A stretch of 64,000 bases of DNA from an uncultured Mycoplasmatota bacterium (lineage in GTDB: Bacteria > Bacillota_I > Bacilli_A > RF39 > UBA660). This document shows, piece after piece, positions 49,656 to 58,607 of the stretch (within the stretch, counting starts at the first letter, position 1; each line of letters starts with the position of its first letter). The notes below the pieces were generated by a model. That model was not told the DNA's origin. It worked only from the letters and a program-made list of their open reading frames with translations, and did no database searches. The translations under genes and the position numbers were made by a program. The stretch covers positions 10,233 to 74,232 of the forward strand of contig CANRVY010000002.1 in the NCBI GenBank assembly GCA_947643405.1, written 5' to 3'.

Positions 49656-50386
49656 TTCCTTATCTCTGATGTAAATGGATTTTGAAATTCTTCTAAAATA
49701 GAGTTTTGCAACTCACTATCTAAATCCATAGAATTCAATAATTTTCTTTGAATTGACGTTAATAAAGCAACATCATAAATTGCAACTCTACATTCTAAAC
49801 CAAAAGTTTGAGCACAGCCCAATCTATAAAAAAAGTATTCTCTGATATCTCCTATTTTGTCCTTGTAATTCAAATAATCAGTCACCAAAGAAGGATCCTC
49901 AATCATTTTTTGAAGCAAATATGCATAGGCAATATTTTTATGGTTTCCTAATTGTTCTATAGAAATTAAAGAACCATCTGGAAGTAAAAATCCTTCTTTA
50001 TATTCACTGTATGGCTTTTGATAGTCTAATTGCTTATCTGAACCTGTATAAATATCTAAACAAAATTGATTCTTTCTATTTTTCAAATAATCATAGTTTA
50101 ACGGTTCTTCTCTATCCAAAGATATCATTTTCTTAAAATGTAAGCTTGGAATTGCACAGGCGTTTTCAAAAAAAGGAAATCCTACTTGTATATATCGAAG
50201 TCGGTGTAATAGGAAATCATAATAAGGAGTAAACAATGTATATTGTGATGCATAAGAATCAAAAATTCTTTTATTCTCTTCCGATTCTAAAATCCATTGC
50301 TCACATATTTGTTTACTACATTCCAATAAATCTTCCCATTCTAACTCAAATTTTTTTCCATCTGGTGATAATAATATAACTGTCAT
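49652..50386 (-). CDS. Hypothetical protein
   Basis: 244-aa ORF, translationally coupled within the operon. No known motif. Confidence 0.5.
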   Translation of the reverse strand: MTVILLSPDGKKFELEWEDLLECSKQICEQWILESEENKRIFDSYASQYTLFTPYYDFLLHRLRYIQVGFPFFENACAIPSLHFKKMISLDREEPLNYDYLKNRKNQFCLDIYTGSDKQLDYQKPYSEYKEGFLLPDGSLISIEQLGNHKNIAYAYLLQKMIEDPSLVTDYLNYKDKIGDIREYFFYRLGCAQTFGLECRVAIYDVALLTSIQRKLLNSMDLDSELQNSILEEFQNPFTSEIRK

Positions 50387-50399
50387 TCTTTGCCTCTTT

Positions 50400-51803
50400 C
50401 TAATATTTAAAACGATCTAATTTATCTAAAAATTCTTGAGTAACTACTGTTCCTGCTTCTGTCGTTTCTTCAATTTCATGGTAAACAACTTTTTTCATTA
50501 AAATAAAGGGAATTTCTACTACATGTTCTAATTTATGTTTTATAAAGATTCGCACTCTTACTTTATCATAGTTATAGATGGCTTCTTCTTTTGTTATTGT
50601 CTTTTTTTCCTCTAGTTTCGCATTTTCTACATTCCACATATCATCTTTATTAATGCCTAATTCCATTAATAGCTCATAGCGGTCAAAATCATTTTTAGAA
50701 TACATTTCCATTTGGTTCATTCCATGGCTTACTAAAAAGCTGTTTCCAGAGGCACTAACAACAAGTCCTTCTCCTCCTGGAGTCTGATAAGATATAGCGT
50801 TAGCGAAAGGAAAAGTTACCAAAACTTGATTGGCTTTTAAAAACTCATTTCTAGCATTTTCATAACAATCTGGGTTATTTATATATTCAATAAATTTGAT
50901 AACACTTGCTTCTGGACCACTTCCAGTAAAGTAATAATTATCCATATAGAATTCATAGCTAAACATACCTTTATTCATAAGTTCAATCTTCTTAATATGG
51001 TTCATTGGGACCACTGTATATTCATTTTGATCAATCAAATATATTTTTCTATTTGTTGAAAGCGCTATCACATATTTTTTATCGACAAATGTTCCATAGA
51101 TGCTTACCAGTGGAAATTCAGTTGGTTCAAACAATATGCTTAGTTCTTTATTTTCATTGATTGCATCATTTTCTTTAGCAAGCTTTCCATATTTAAAGCG
51201 TTCATAATAATTGAGTGTTTTTGATATAGAAATATATGGAGTAAATATATATGGATTGGTATTCTCATGGCAATAAGACCGAATAAAACAATATACTTTT
51301 GATTTTTCGTTTCCTGTAAACTGATATTGATTTAAAGTAAAAATTAACCCAAAAGCTCCTGTTCCAATCACTTTAAAAGACTTCATTTCCTCTCTTGGCA
51401 ATACTTTATAATGTTCTTTGTGAACAATCAAAAGTCTATCTTTGCTCGTCCAAACAATCAAGTATGTTTTTTTCATTGTTGCAGTTATGGCGTTTATAAT
51501 TGTTTCATCTTGCCCTAATAATGTCAGTAGTCTTACATAAGCATCTATGATCTTATCTTTTTCTTTCAAATGAAATGGTTCTACCTTATCTAATGTTCTT
51601 GTAATTTCTGCAGTGCTAATTGCTACTGGGATCTTAAACAATTCAAATCCTGCTGGTGCAGTATAATGATCTGGATTATCAATCCCTTTTACTTTATCGA
51701 TTGTTTTATCTTTCATTTCAATCACTTTATCTTTTATGTTAACGTTTCCTAAATAATTTGTTGCCTGTTTTAAAGTACTCCCCAATTTATCTTTTAATGA
51801 CAT
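50400..51803 (-). CDS. Protein with repeated bacterial PH (YokE-like) modules
   Basis: Repeats KKTYLIVWTSKDRLLIVHKEHYKVLPREEMKSFKV and KKYVIALSTNRKIYLIDQNEYTVVPMNHIKKIEL, plus a weaker third (GNSFLVSHGMNQMEMYSKNDFDRYEL). Lys-rich N-terminus. Confidence 0.55.
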   Translation of the reverse strand: MSLKDKLGSTLKQATNYLGNVNIKDKVIEMKDKTIDKVKGIDNPDHYTAPAGFELFKIPVAISTAEITRTLDKVEPFHLKEKDKIIDAYVRLLTLLGQDETIINAITATMKKTYLIVWTSKDRLLIVHKEHYKVLPREEMKSFKVIGTGAFGLIFTLNQYQFTGNEKSKVYCFIRSYCHENTNPYIFTPYISISKTLNYYERFKYGKLAKENDAINENKELSILFEPTEFPLVSIYGTFVDKKYVIALSTNRKIYLIDQNEYTVVPMNHIKKIELMNKGMFSYEFYMDNYYFTGSGPEASVIKFIEYINNPDCYENARNEFLKANQVLVTFPFANAISYQTPGGEGLVVSASGNSFLVSHGMNQMEMYSKNDFDRYELLMELGINKDDMWNVENAKLEEKKTITKEEAIYNYDKVRVRIFIKHKLEHVVEIPFILMKKVVYHEIEETTEAGTVVTQEFLDKLDRFKY

Positions 51804-51870
51804 AGTTTATCCTCCATTCTTAATTATTATACCAAAAAAGTCTTCTATTCACTAGAAAACTTTTCAAATT

Positions 51871-52473
51871 TTACATGTTTAAATTTTGTTTCATCAAAGC
51901 TTCTACTTCATCATGGAGATACTGATTGGCTTCTTCTAATGTCATTTCTCCAACTTTAAACGGCTTTCCGTATCGAATTACCAGATTTTTACTTCTAAAA
52001 ACATAATCTCCTGTAATTCCAAATGGTACCAAATAAGAGTCGGTTTTACTTGCCATACTAACTGCTCCGAATTTAAATGGCAAAAGAAATTCTTCTGTTT
52101 TGTTTCTAGTTCCTTCTGGGAATAAGCCTACAGCTCCTCCATCTTTTAAAACAGATAAAGCCAATTCTTTTGAGTGTTCATCTTTTTTACTTCTATCGAC
52201 TGAAATACATCCTGTTCCTTTAAAAAACCAAGCTACTTTTTTATCATCAAAGTATTCTTTTTTAGCCATGTAGTGTATTCCTCTTCTAGTAGCAATAATC
52301 GTTAAACACTGGTCATATAGATGTTTGTGATTCCCAACAATTAAAATAGAACCTGTAGAAGGAATGTTCTCTGCTCCTATAATGGTTGGATGATAATACC
52401 ATTTAAAAATAGGTCCCAAAATTATTTTTCCAAATTTATATAAAAATGGTACTTTTTTATTCATCATCATCAA
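51871..52473 (-). CDS. 1-acyl-sn-glycerol-3-phosphate acyltransferase family (PlsC-like)
   Basis: HX4D motif GNHKHLYD and the FPEGTR motif. Confidence 0.85.
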   Translation of the reverse strand: MMMMNKKVPFLYKFGKIILGPIFKWYYHPTIIGAENIPSTGSILIVGNHKHLYDQCLTIIATRRGIHYMAKKEYFDDKKVAWFFKGTGCISVDRSKKDEHSKELALSVLKDGGAVGLFPEGTRNKTEEFLLPFKFGAVSMASKTDSYLVPFGITGDYVFRSKNLVIRYGKPFKVGEMTLEEANQYLHDEVEALMKQNLNM

Positions 52474-54190
52474 CTCCTATGTCGCTTTGTAATTTTATAA
52501 AATCTACTTTTCCCAGTTTCGTTTTTGGCAATTTTTTTCGATAAACAAATTCAGCTGGAACCATATATTTAGCCATGTTTTTTTTACAATATTCTTTAAT
52601 TTCTGATTTGATAAATAGTCCATGAAATCCTTCTTTTAATACAATAAAAGCTTTTGGAACTTCCCCTTTATATGAATGAGGTATTCCAACTACTGTACAT
52701 TGTAAAACAGCTGGATGTGCTTCTATTACTTCTTCTATATGGGAAGGAAATACGTTATAACCACTGGAAATAATCATTCTCTTTTGCCTTCCTTTATAAA
52801 AAACAAATCCATCTTCATCCATATATCCTAAGTCTCCCGTATGTAGCCATACATGCCCATCTTTATGAACTTGTAATGCTTCATTGGTTTCCGCCTCATT
52901 ATTTAAATACCCCATCATAAGTGCTTTTGTGTGGATTACAATTTCTCCTACTTCGTTATAAGGAAGCGTTTCTCTTGTTGCTGGATCAATAATTTTCACA
53001 TGATTTCCTGCTAGTGGAATTCCAACTGATCCGCTTTTATTAACGTCATCTGCTGCCAAGCATACAGCAGCTAAAGCTTCAGATAATCCGTATCCTTGGG
53101 TAATTCTAGCCTGAGAGTTATGTGCTTTGAAATATTCGTTAATTTTATTTTCTAAATTGCTATTTAAAAGATCTCCTCCACTCACTGCATATTTTAAGAA
53201 TGACAAATCCAAATGTTTTATATTATTGTTTTCAGAAAGAGCTTCAAATAAAGTAGGTACTCCTAAAACACAAGTTGGTTTCGTTTTTTTAAATAAAATA
53301 TCAAATTTTTTAGAATTAAATTGGGGTACTAAAATTGTATAACACCCAAGCGCTAAAGGAGTATGCATTAATACACTGAGACCAAAACCATGAAAATTTG
53401 GCATAATTGCCAAACAGCAATCTCCAGGCCTCAATTTTTTTAAGGAAATTTGTTCTTGCTTTGCTGCCAAAAGAAAAGCTCTATTTTGGATAACAACATT
53501 TTTTGGTGTGCCGCTTGTTCCACCGCTATGGATAATTACTGCTGGAGTATCCTTTCCAAATTTTATGTCTATTCTCTCGATTGACTTTTTGGACAATTTC
53601 ATAAATTGTTTCCAATTTAAGAATTGGTCTTTTTTTGGATATTTTAAAAACTTCCTACCTTGTGTTAATTTGTAGCCAATCTTCATCAAAATCCCCATAG
53701 AATCGCTAGCAGAAACAAAAATAACTTTTTTTACTTTTGTCTCTTCTATGTTTTTTTCTATTTTGTGATAAAACATATCAATCATAACTAAATATTCACT
53801 TTTTGTTGAAAGCAAGTTTTCTTTGATTTCTTCTTCCGCTGAAAGAGGATGAAGCATATTGGCAATCGCACCCAATTTATTAAGTCCGTATAAGGAAATT
53901 AAAACTTCTGGAACATTTGGCATACATAATGTTATGATATCTCCTTTTTTTATCCCCATGACTTTGAAAGCTGCTGCCGCGGCATCAATTTCCTTTAAAA
54001 ATGTTTTATAATTCGTTTTTCTTCCGAAATACTCATAAGCTGTATAGTTTGGATATTTGGCGCCACTTCTTTTTACTTGTTCATACATACTAATATTTGA
54101 AATTTTAATGTTTAAGTCTTCTTCTTTATAATATTTACTCCAAGGAGCTGGTATTTCTTTTTTTCGTCTAAAGATATCAAATATAGACAC
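52457..54190 (-). CDS. AMP-dependent acyl-CoA/acyl-ACP synthetase (long-chain fatty-acid ligase-like)
   Basis: IHSGGTSGTPK AMP-binding motif, GYGLSE, TGDLGYMDEDG, KLPKTKLGKV. Confidence 0.9.
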   Translation of the reverse strand: MSIFDIFRRKKEIPAPWSKYYKEEDLNIKISNISMYEQVKRSGAKYPNYTAYEYFGRKTNYKTFLKEIDAAAAAFKVMGIKKGDIITLCMPNVPEVLISLYGLNKLGAIANMLHPLSAEEEIKENLLSTKSEYLVMIDMFYHKIEKNIEETKVKKVIFVSASDSMGILMKIGYKLTQGRKFLKYPKKDQFLNWKQFMKLSKKSIERIDIKFGKDTPAVIIHSGGTSGTPKNVVIQNRAFLLAAKQEQISLKKLRPGDCCLAIMPNFHGFGLSVLMHTPLALGCYTILVPQFNSKKFDILFKKTKPTCVLGVPTLFEALSENNNIKHLDLSFLKYAVSGGDLLNSNLENKINEYFKAHNSQARITQGYGLSEALAAVCLAADDVNKSGSVGIPLAGNHVKIIDPATRETLPYNEVGEIVIHTKALMMGYLNNEAETNEALQVHKDGHVWLHTGDLGYMDEDGFVFYKGRQKRMIISSGYNVFPSHIEEVIEAHPAVLQCTVVGIPHSYKGEVPKAFIVLKEGFHGLFIKSEIKEYCKKNMAKYMVPAEFVYRKKLPKTKLGKVDFIKLQSDIGVDDDE

Positions 54191-54774
54191 TATAAATCAC
54201 CTCTCATTAATTTTTGAATCGTTTTTTCTAAGCTTTCTTTTTCTTTTTCTAAGTCATTATTCTTAATAGATATTGCATCACCAAATATAATCTTTAAATT
54301 TCTTGAAAACAAAGAGTAATTTCCTGAAATCGCAAAAGGAACTATTTTGGTATTCGTATCTACAGCCATTTTTATAGCTCCCATTTTAAATGGAAGAATT
54401 TTTCCTTTTTGTTTTTCTGTGGTACCTTCTGGGAAAATTCCAATTAGGCATTCATTGTTTAAATAGTTTTCTGCTGCTTCTAAAGACTTATGATCTTTTT
54501 TACTTCGATCAACAGGAATTAATCCCATATTTCCAAAAATAATTTTTTTAGGGCCAGTCCATAATTCTTTTTTTGCTAAGAAATGAATAGATCTTTTTGT
54601 AGAACTGATTAAAAGTAAACAATCAAAGTTATTTGTATGATTTCCCGCTAAAATAATTCTCCCAGAAATTGGAATGTTTTCTTTTCCTACTATTTTTGGC
54701 GTAAAAAAAGTTTTAAATAGTCCAGTAATCATTGGTCTAGCAAAACGATATAACATTGCATCATTCTTTTTCAT
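54190..54774 (-). CDS. 1-acyl-sn-glycerol-3-phosphate acyltransferase family (PlsC-like), second copy
   Basis: GNHTNNFD (HX4D) and FPEGTT motifs. Confidence 0.85.
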   Translation of the reverse strand: MKKNDAMLYRFARPMITGLFKTFFTPKIVGKENIPISGRIILAGNHTNNFDCLLLISSTKRSIHFLAKKELWTGPKKIIFGNMGLIPVDRSKKDHKSLEAAENYLNNECLIGIFPEGTTEKQKGKILPFKMGAIKMAVDTNTKIVPFAISGNYSLFSRNLKIIFGDAISIKNNDLEKEKESLEKTIQKLMRGDL

Positions 54775-54851
54775 ATTCTTACCTCTATTCTATTATATCA
54801 AAATCCATAGGAAAATAAAACCAAAAGAAAAAGTTATGACAAATATCATAA

Positions 54852-55970
54852 CTATCTTGTTAGTATAAAAGATTTTGCGTCCTCGGAAACTTGATTTTTA
54901 TAGAATTTCTTCTTTCTTCTAATTTCCTCTAATAACTGTTTGATTTGTTTTGTTTTATTCTTTCTTTTTTCTACTTTTCTTAAATATCGATCTCCTAAAG
55001 TAAAGTCTCCATTTGTATAACAGATTCTAACAAATACAAGCATTAATAAAGTAGTTTGTTCTTCTGTTAAGGCAAATTTTTCCTGGACTTCTTCTATTGT
55101 TTTTCCGCTTGATACAAAAGCTGCCATTTCTTCTATTGCTTTTAAACCATAATATTCATTCATATTATTTTGAAAATCTGATTCTTCAAAGGGAACAGGA
55201 AACTTTCTATCACCATTCTTTTTGTTTTTCCTATTCAAATCTTCAATTAAATCTGAAAATCGGCAATGTTTTCCTGCGATTTTATATAGTGAATCAGCAA
55301 CAGTTAAAAATTCGGCGGCTTTTCTTGTTTGCCCTATGTTCATATAAGAAAGTCCTAGCCTTCCATACAAATAAGGAGAAGGCTTTCTAAAATGAGAGAA
55401 CGCTTCTAAGTAATATTTTATACATTGGCGAAATGCTTTTTTGTGATAGGCTTTATCTCCTGCTTTCATAATCCTATTAGCATCTATCTGTTCATTTATA
55501 TGAAATTTTAAAATAACGCTTTTCTTTCCTGAACCTTGATCAATCGAAGAAGCAATGATACAAGGAATTGCTTTTGCATATTGACATATTTTGCGTTGTC
55601 TCTCTTCTGACATTGCGTTTAAAACAATGATTCCTTTTCTAGCTTCTAGTATTTTAGTTTTTTCTTCTAAAAGATCCCAATCTGAATCTCCTGTATCAAT
55701 ATCAATTCGTCTTTTTTCTTCTAATAATATGGATAGTAATGGTTCTACTGCTTGATCCTTAGAAGGAATTTTTTCAAAATCACAAAAATCTTCTTTTTCT
55801 TGTGTAAAATAACAGTAGCTTCCATCTTTTCTATCAATTAACTTTCCTGTTTCTATTAAATAGGCAATTTCACCAATATGAAAGCCAAAGTCTTTTAACG
55901 TTTTTACTGTTAATAAATATCCTGCTTTTGCATGTCTTTCAACTTTATCTAAATTTTCTTTTGTAATCAT
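54852..55970 (-). CDS. Hypothetical protein, possibly wHTH N-terminus and TPR-like helical repeats
   Basis: 372-aa ORF. Helical-repeat-like segment AYHKKAFRQCIKYYLEAF...YGRLGLSYMNIGQTRKAAEFL. No enzymatic motif. Confidence 0.4.
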   Translation of the reverse strand: MITKENLDKVERHAKAGYLLTVKTLKDFGFHIGEIAYLIETGKLIDRKDGSYCYFTQEKEDFCDFEKIPSKDQAVEPLLSILLEEKRRIDIDTGDSDWDLLEEKTKILEARKGIIVLNAMSEERQRKICQYAKAIPCIIASSIDQGSGKKSVILKFHINEQIDANRIMKAGDKAYHKKAFRQCIKYYLEAFSHFRKPSPYLYGRLGLSYMNIGQTRKAAEFLTVADSLYKIAGKHCRFSDLIEDLNRKNKKNGDRKFPVPFEESDFQNNMNEYYGLKAIEEMAAFVSSGKTIEEVQEKFALTEEQTTLLMLVFVRICYTNGDFTLGDRYLRKVEKRKNKTKQIKQLLEEIRRKKKFYKNQVSEDAKSFILTR

Positions 55971-56074
55971 ATTAAATTCCCCCTGTTATATTTATCATAC
56001 ACATTTTTTACTACAAATTCAAGAAAGAACTGAAAAATAAAATTAAAATGTTCATAATTTAAGTTTAAAAGAAA

Positions 56075-56090
56075 AAGAGCAAAAGCTCTT
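56075..56090 (-). terminator. Terminator after the 393-aa gene
   Basis: AAGAGC-AAAA-GCTCTT hairpin overlapping the stop, with a T-rich tail on the minus strand. Confidence 0.55.
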
Positions 56091-57270
56091 ATTTGATATT
56101 TTTATCATATTCAATATCTGAAACTTCATATTTTCTTTTTTTCGAAATAGTCCCCAATATTTTAGTAGAGAACCATCCTAATATTGCTAGAATGAAGAAA
56201 TACAATACTCCAAAAATGGTAAATTCTGGTGCTGTTTCAGTTAATAATCCTATAATTGCTGCCCCAGCACTCATCGATGTAACGATTGTTAAACTATCTA
56301 CAGACTTGTTTGTAACATCTTGTTTTATTCCTTCAAATAGTTTTTGGGCTGATGCTACATAATTCTTAGTCATTGACCATAAATATTTAATATAATTTAA
56401 TGTATCACGTAAAGTTTCATAGCGATATCCTGAAATAGCTAAAAACTCAGCTAATTCGGCATCACTTTTAGCAATTTTTTCCCTTGTTGCAATATAAGTA
56501 CTCATTTGATCAATTCTTCCATCAATTAAGTTAATCGTTTTCGCATATCCCTCTAATTTTGTTGTAAATTTAATGATTTCTGAACCTTTTACATTGACAT
56601 TTTCTTTTACAGCATCAATTTTCTCCCATATAATTCTATGCATATTTAAGTAGCGATGTAATTGACCTTTAAATTCTCTAATAAATACCTGCTCTTCAAT
56701 ATATCTTTCAATGTTATCAAAAGATTGTTTTTTGTTATTGATAAAATAATATTTATCCCCTCTAATTACATCATATTTATCATTTACGAATTCAAAATAT
56801 TTTTGTTTTTCTGTTCTAGATAATAAATCCGAGATTTCTTCTTTCGTTGCATTATCACAAACTACAAAGTAAGGATATACTGTTTCAATATTTGCTAATT
56901 CTTTTGGAACAGGAGCTCCTAAACTAAACAGATAGCTAAATGCAGGTGATAACTTATTTTCGTAATAATCAGTTACATGTTCAATGTCTGCAAATAAAGT
57001 ATCTTCGCTTACTTTTTCATTGTTTAAAATAATAAGCCCATCTTCAAAAATTTTAACTTTTATATTGACAGCAGTTGTAAATTCAATATATTCTTCTCCT
57101 GAAACACCATAATCTATTTTTCCAATGGCTAAATTTTTTCTATATTCAATTAATTTTTCTGGGTCTAAATCTAATTGAGATTTGCAATCTCTTAAAAAAT
57201 CATATATTTCTGATAATTGTAGCATCGTTCTTTGAAACCAGCCACCTATATAAACGTTACTAATCTTCAT
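56089..57270 (-). CDS. Hypothetical protein: large soluble/coiled-coil domain with two C-terminal TM helices
   Basis: C-terminal helices LTIVTSMSAGAAIIGLL and FTIFGVLYFFILAILGWF. The overall layout is loosely reminiscent of CorA/DUF155-type proteins, but no signature motif was seen. Confidence 0.45.
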   Translation of the reverse strand: MKISNVYIGGWFQRTMLQLSEIYDFLRDCKSQLDLDPEKLIEYRKNLAIGKIDYGVSGEEYIEFTTAVNIKVKIFEDGLIILNNEKVSEDTLFADIEHVTDYYENKLSPAFSYLFSLGAPVPKELANIETVYPYFVVCDNATKEEISDLLSRTEKQKYFEFVNDKYDVIRGDKYYFINNKKQSFDNIERYIEEQVFIREFKGQLHRYLNMHRIIWEKIDAVKENVNVKGSEIIKFTTKLEGYAKTINLIDGRIDQMSTYIATREKIAKSDAELAEFLAISGYRYETLRDTLNYIKYLWSMTKNYVASAQKLFEGIKQDVTNKSVDSLTIVTSMSAGAAIIGLLTETAPEFTIFGVLYFFILAILGWFSTKILGTISKKRKYEVSDIEYDKNIK

Positions 57271-57280
57271 ATCTATACTC

Positions 57281-57721
57281 CTAACTTATTGTTTTTGAAA
57301 AAAATGCTGCATCATTTACTACAAAGCCATATTTTTTATAACAAGCATGTGCAGGTTGTCTAAAGTTTTTTGACCAAAGTTCCATAGCCACACATCCTTT
57401 TTCTTTTGAAAGACGCTCACATTCTATTAACATTTTACTTGCAATGTTATGTCTTCTATATTCTGGTTTTACGCAAACGTGATTTAAGATTGAATACGTA
57501 TTCATATCTTCATAAATCGTAGGTATAATTGTTATTTTGCTATGTGCAATAACTTCACCATTTGCCACTCCTATCAAATAAATTTGATTTTTGTCATGTT
57601 CTGTTTCTAAAAATACTTTTTTAGCATATTCCATATCTGTGTTTTCATTGAAACACTCATTACATAATGTAATAATTGCTTCTACATCATCTATGGTTGC
57701 AATTTTAAAACTTACTTCCAT
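57281..57721 (-). CDS. GNAT-family N-acetyltransferase
   Basis: 146 aa. VCVKPEYRRHNIASKML (acetyl-CoA binding motif A-like) and YKKYGF. Confidence 0.8.
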   Translation of the reverse strand: MEVSFKIATIDDVEAIITLCNECFNENTDMEYAKKVFLETEHDKNQIYLIGVANGEVIAHSKITIIPTIYEDMNTYSILNHVCVKPEYRRHNIASKMLIECERLSKEKGCVAMELWSKNFRQPAHACYKKYGFVVNDAAFFSKTIS

Positions 57722-57844
57722 ATTTTCTAATCCTCTCTTTAAACTTCAAGATATCCTTTGCTATCTTCTATTCCTATTATACACCATTTTTGTAACTGTT
57801 TGGTTATTTTTTGTTTTAGTTTTTAATATTTTTGCAAAAAAAAT

Positions 57845-57867
57845 CTTGCAAAAACTTTATTTACAAG
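57845..57867 (-). terminator. Terminator downstream of tRNA-Arg
   Basis: Minus-strand RNA CUUGUAAA...UUUGCAAG forms an 8-bp stem (one G-U pair), followed by U8. Confidence 0.6.
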
Positions 57868-57883
57868 ACTTTTTAATCATAAA

Positions 57884-57960
57884 TGGTGTCCCCGAAAGGA
57901 TTTGAACCTTCGGCCTACCCCTTAGGAGGGGGTCGCTCTATCCAGCTGAGCTACGGAGAC
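57884..57960 (-). tRNA. tRNA-Arg (anticodon CCT), CCA encoded
   Basis: Minus strand: GTCTCCGTAGCTCAGCTGGATAGAGCGACCCCCTCCTAAGGGGTAGGCCGAAGGTTCAAATCCTTTCGGGGACACCA. Seven-bp acceptor stem, D-loop AGCTCAGCTGGATAGAGC, anticodon loop CT-CCT-AA, T-arm GGTTCAAATCC. Confidence 0.9.
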
Positions 57961-58006
57961 ATAAAAATATTATAACATATTTCTAGCACAAAAAAAAGAT
58001 AGATTT

Positions 58007-58516
58007 CTATCTTATATGGTTTAATAATAGTAAAAAATAAATATTACATAAATACGCTAAACGTACTTGAAATTTATGTTCAAATTCCATAATAGCTACT
58101 CCCTTATCTACAAAACTCACAATCCAACTTTCTGCATATTTTGGAATCGCTATATTAATAGGAAACATATGAGCCCGAATCATGTCAATTTCCTTTTCAC
58201 TTAAATCAAAATTTTCTAATGACTTTTCAACTGCTTTTTTAGGATGCACAAAAGTAGATAAAAAACGTTCTTTGGATGTTCTATCTTCGTCACTTAAGAA
58301 AAAATCATGTAGTAATCCTCCACGTGCTACATCTTTGTAATCTAAGTGTAAAAATTTTGCAATTTTATATGAATAATAAGATACTTTCAAAGAATGTTCA
58401 AATCTTGTCACTCCATGATGTTCTATTAATTTTATTTTATTAAACTCTTCATTTATTAAGATATGATATACAATATTGTTATATTCTCTATCAAGTTCCA
58501 TCATCATGACTTTCAC
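58007..58516 (-). CDS. HD-domain phosphohydrolase
   Basis: FEHSLKVSYYS ... GGLLHDFF (H...HD motif). Confidence 0.75.
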   Translation of the reverse strand: MKVMMMELDREYNNIVYHILINEEFNKIKLIEHHGVTRFEHSLKVSYYSYKIAKFLHLDYKDVARGGLLHDFFLSDEDRTSKERFLSTFVHPKKAVEKSLENFDLSEKEIDMIRAHMFPINIAIPKYAESWIVSFVDKGVAIMEFEHKFQVRLAYLCNIYFLLLLNHIR

Positions 58517-58607
58517 CTCGAACTATTATAGTATATCACAAATTTAAAAAAAATAGTATGCTCTTTCCATAACTTTTCAAATAAAATGTAAAAAAGAATA
58601 GTTTTCA

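Noticed and set aside
57722-58006. Integrase or att repeat associated with tRNA-Arg
   Set aside because: No recombinase ORF lies on either side, and I found no duplicated tRNA 3' segment by eye. A computational repeat search would still be needed.
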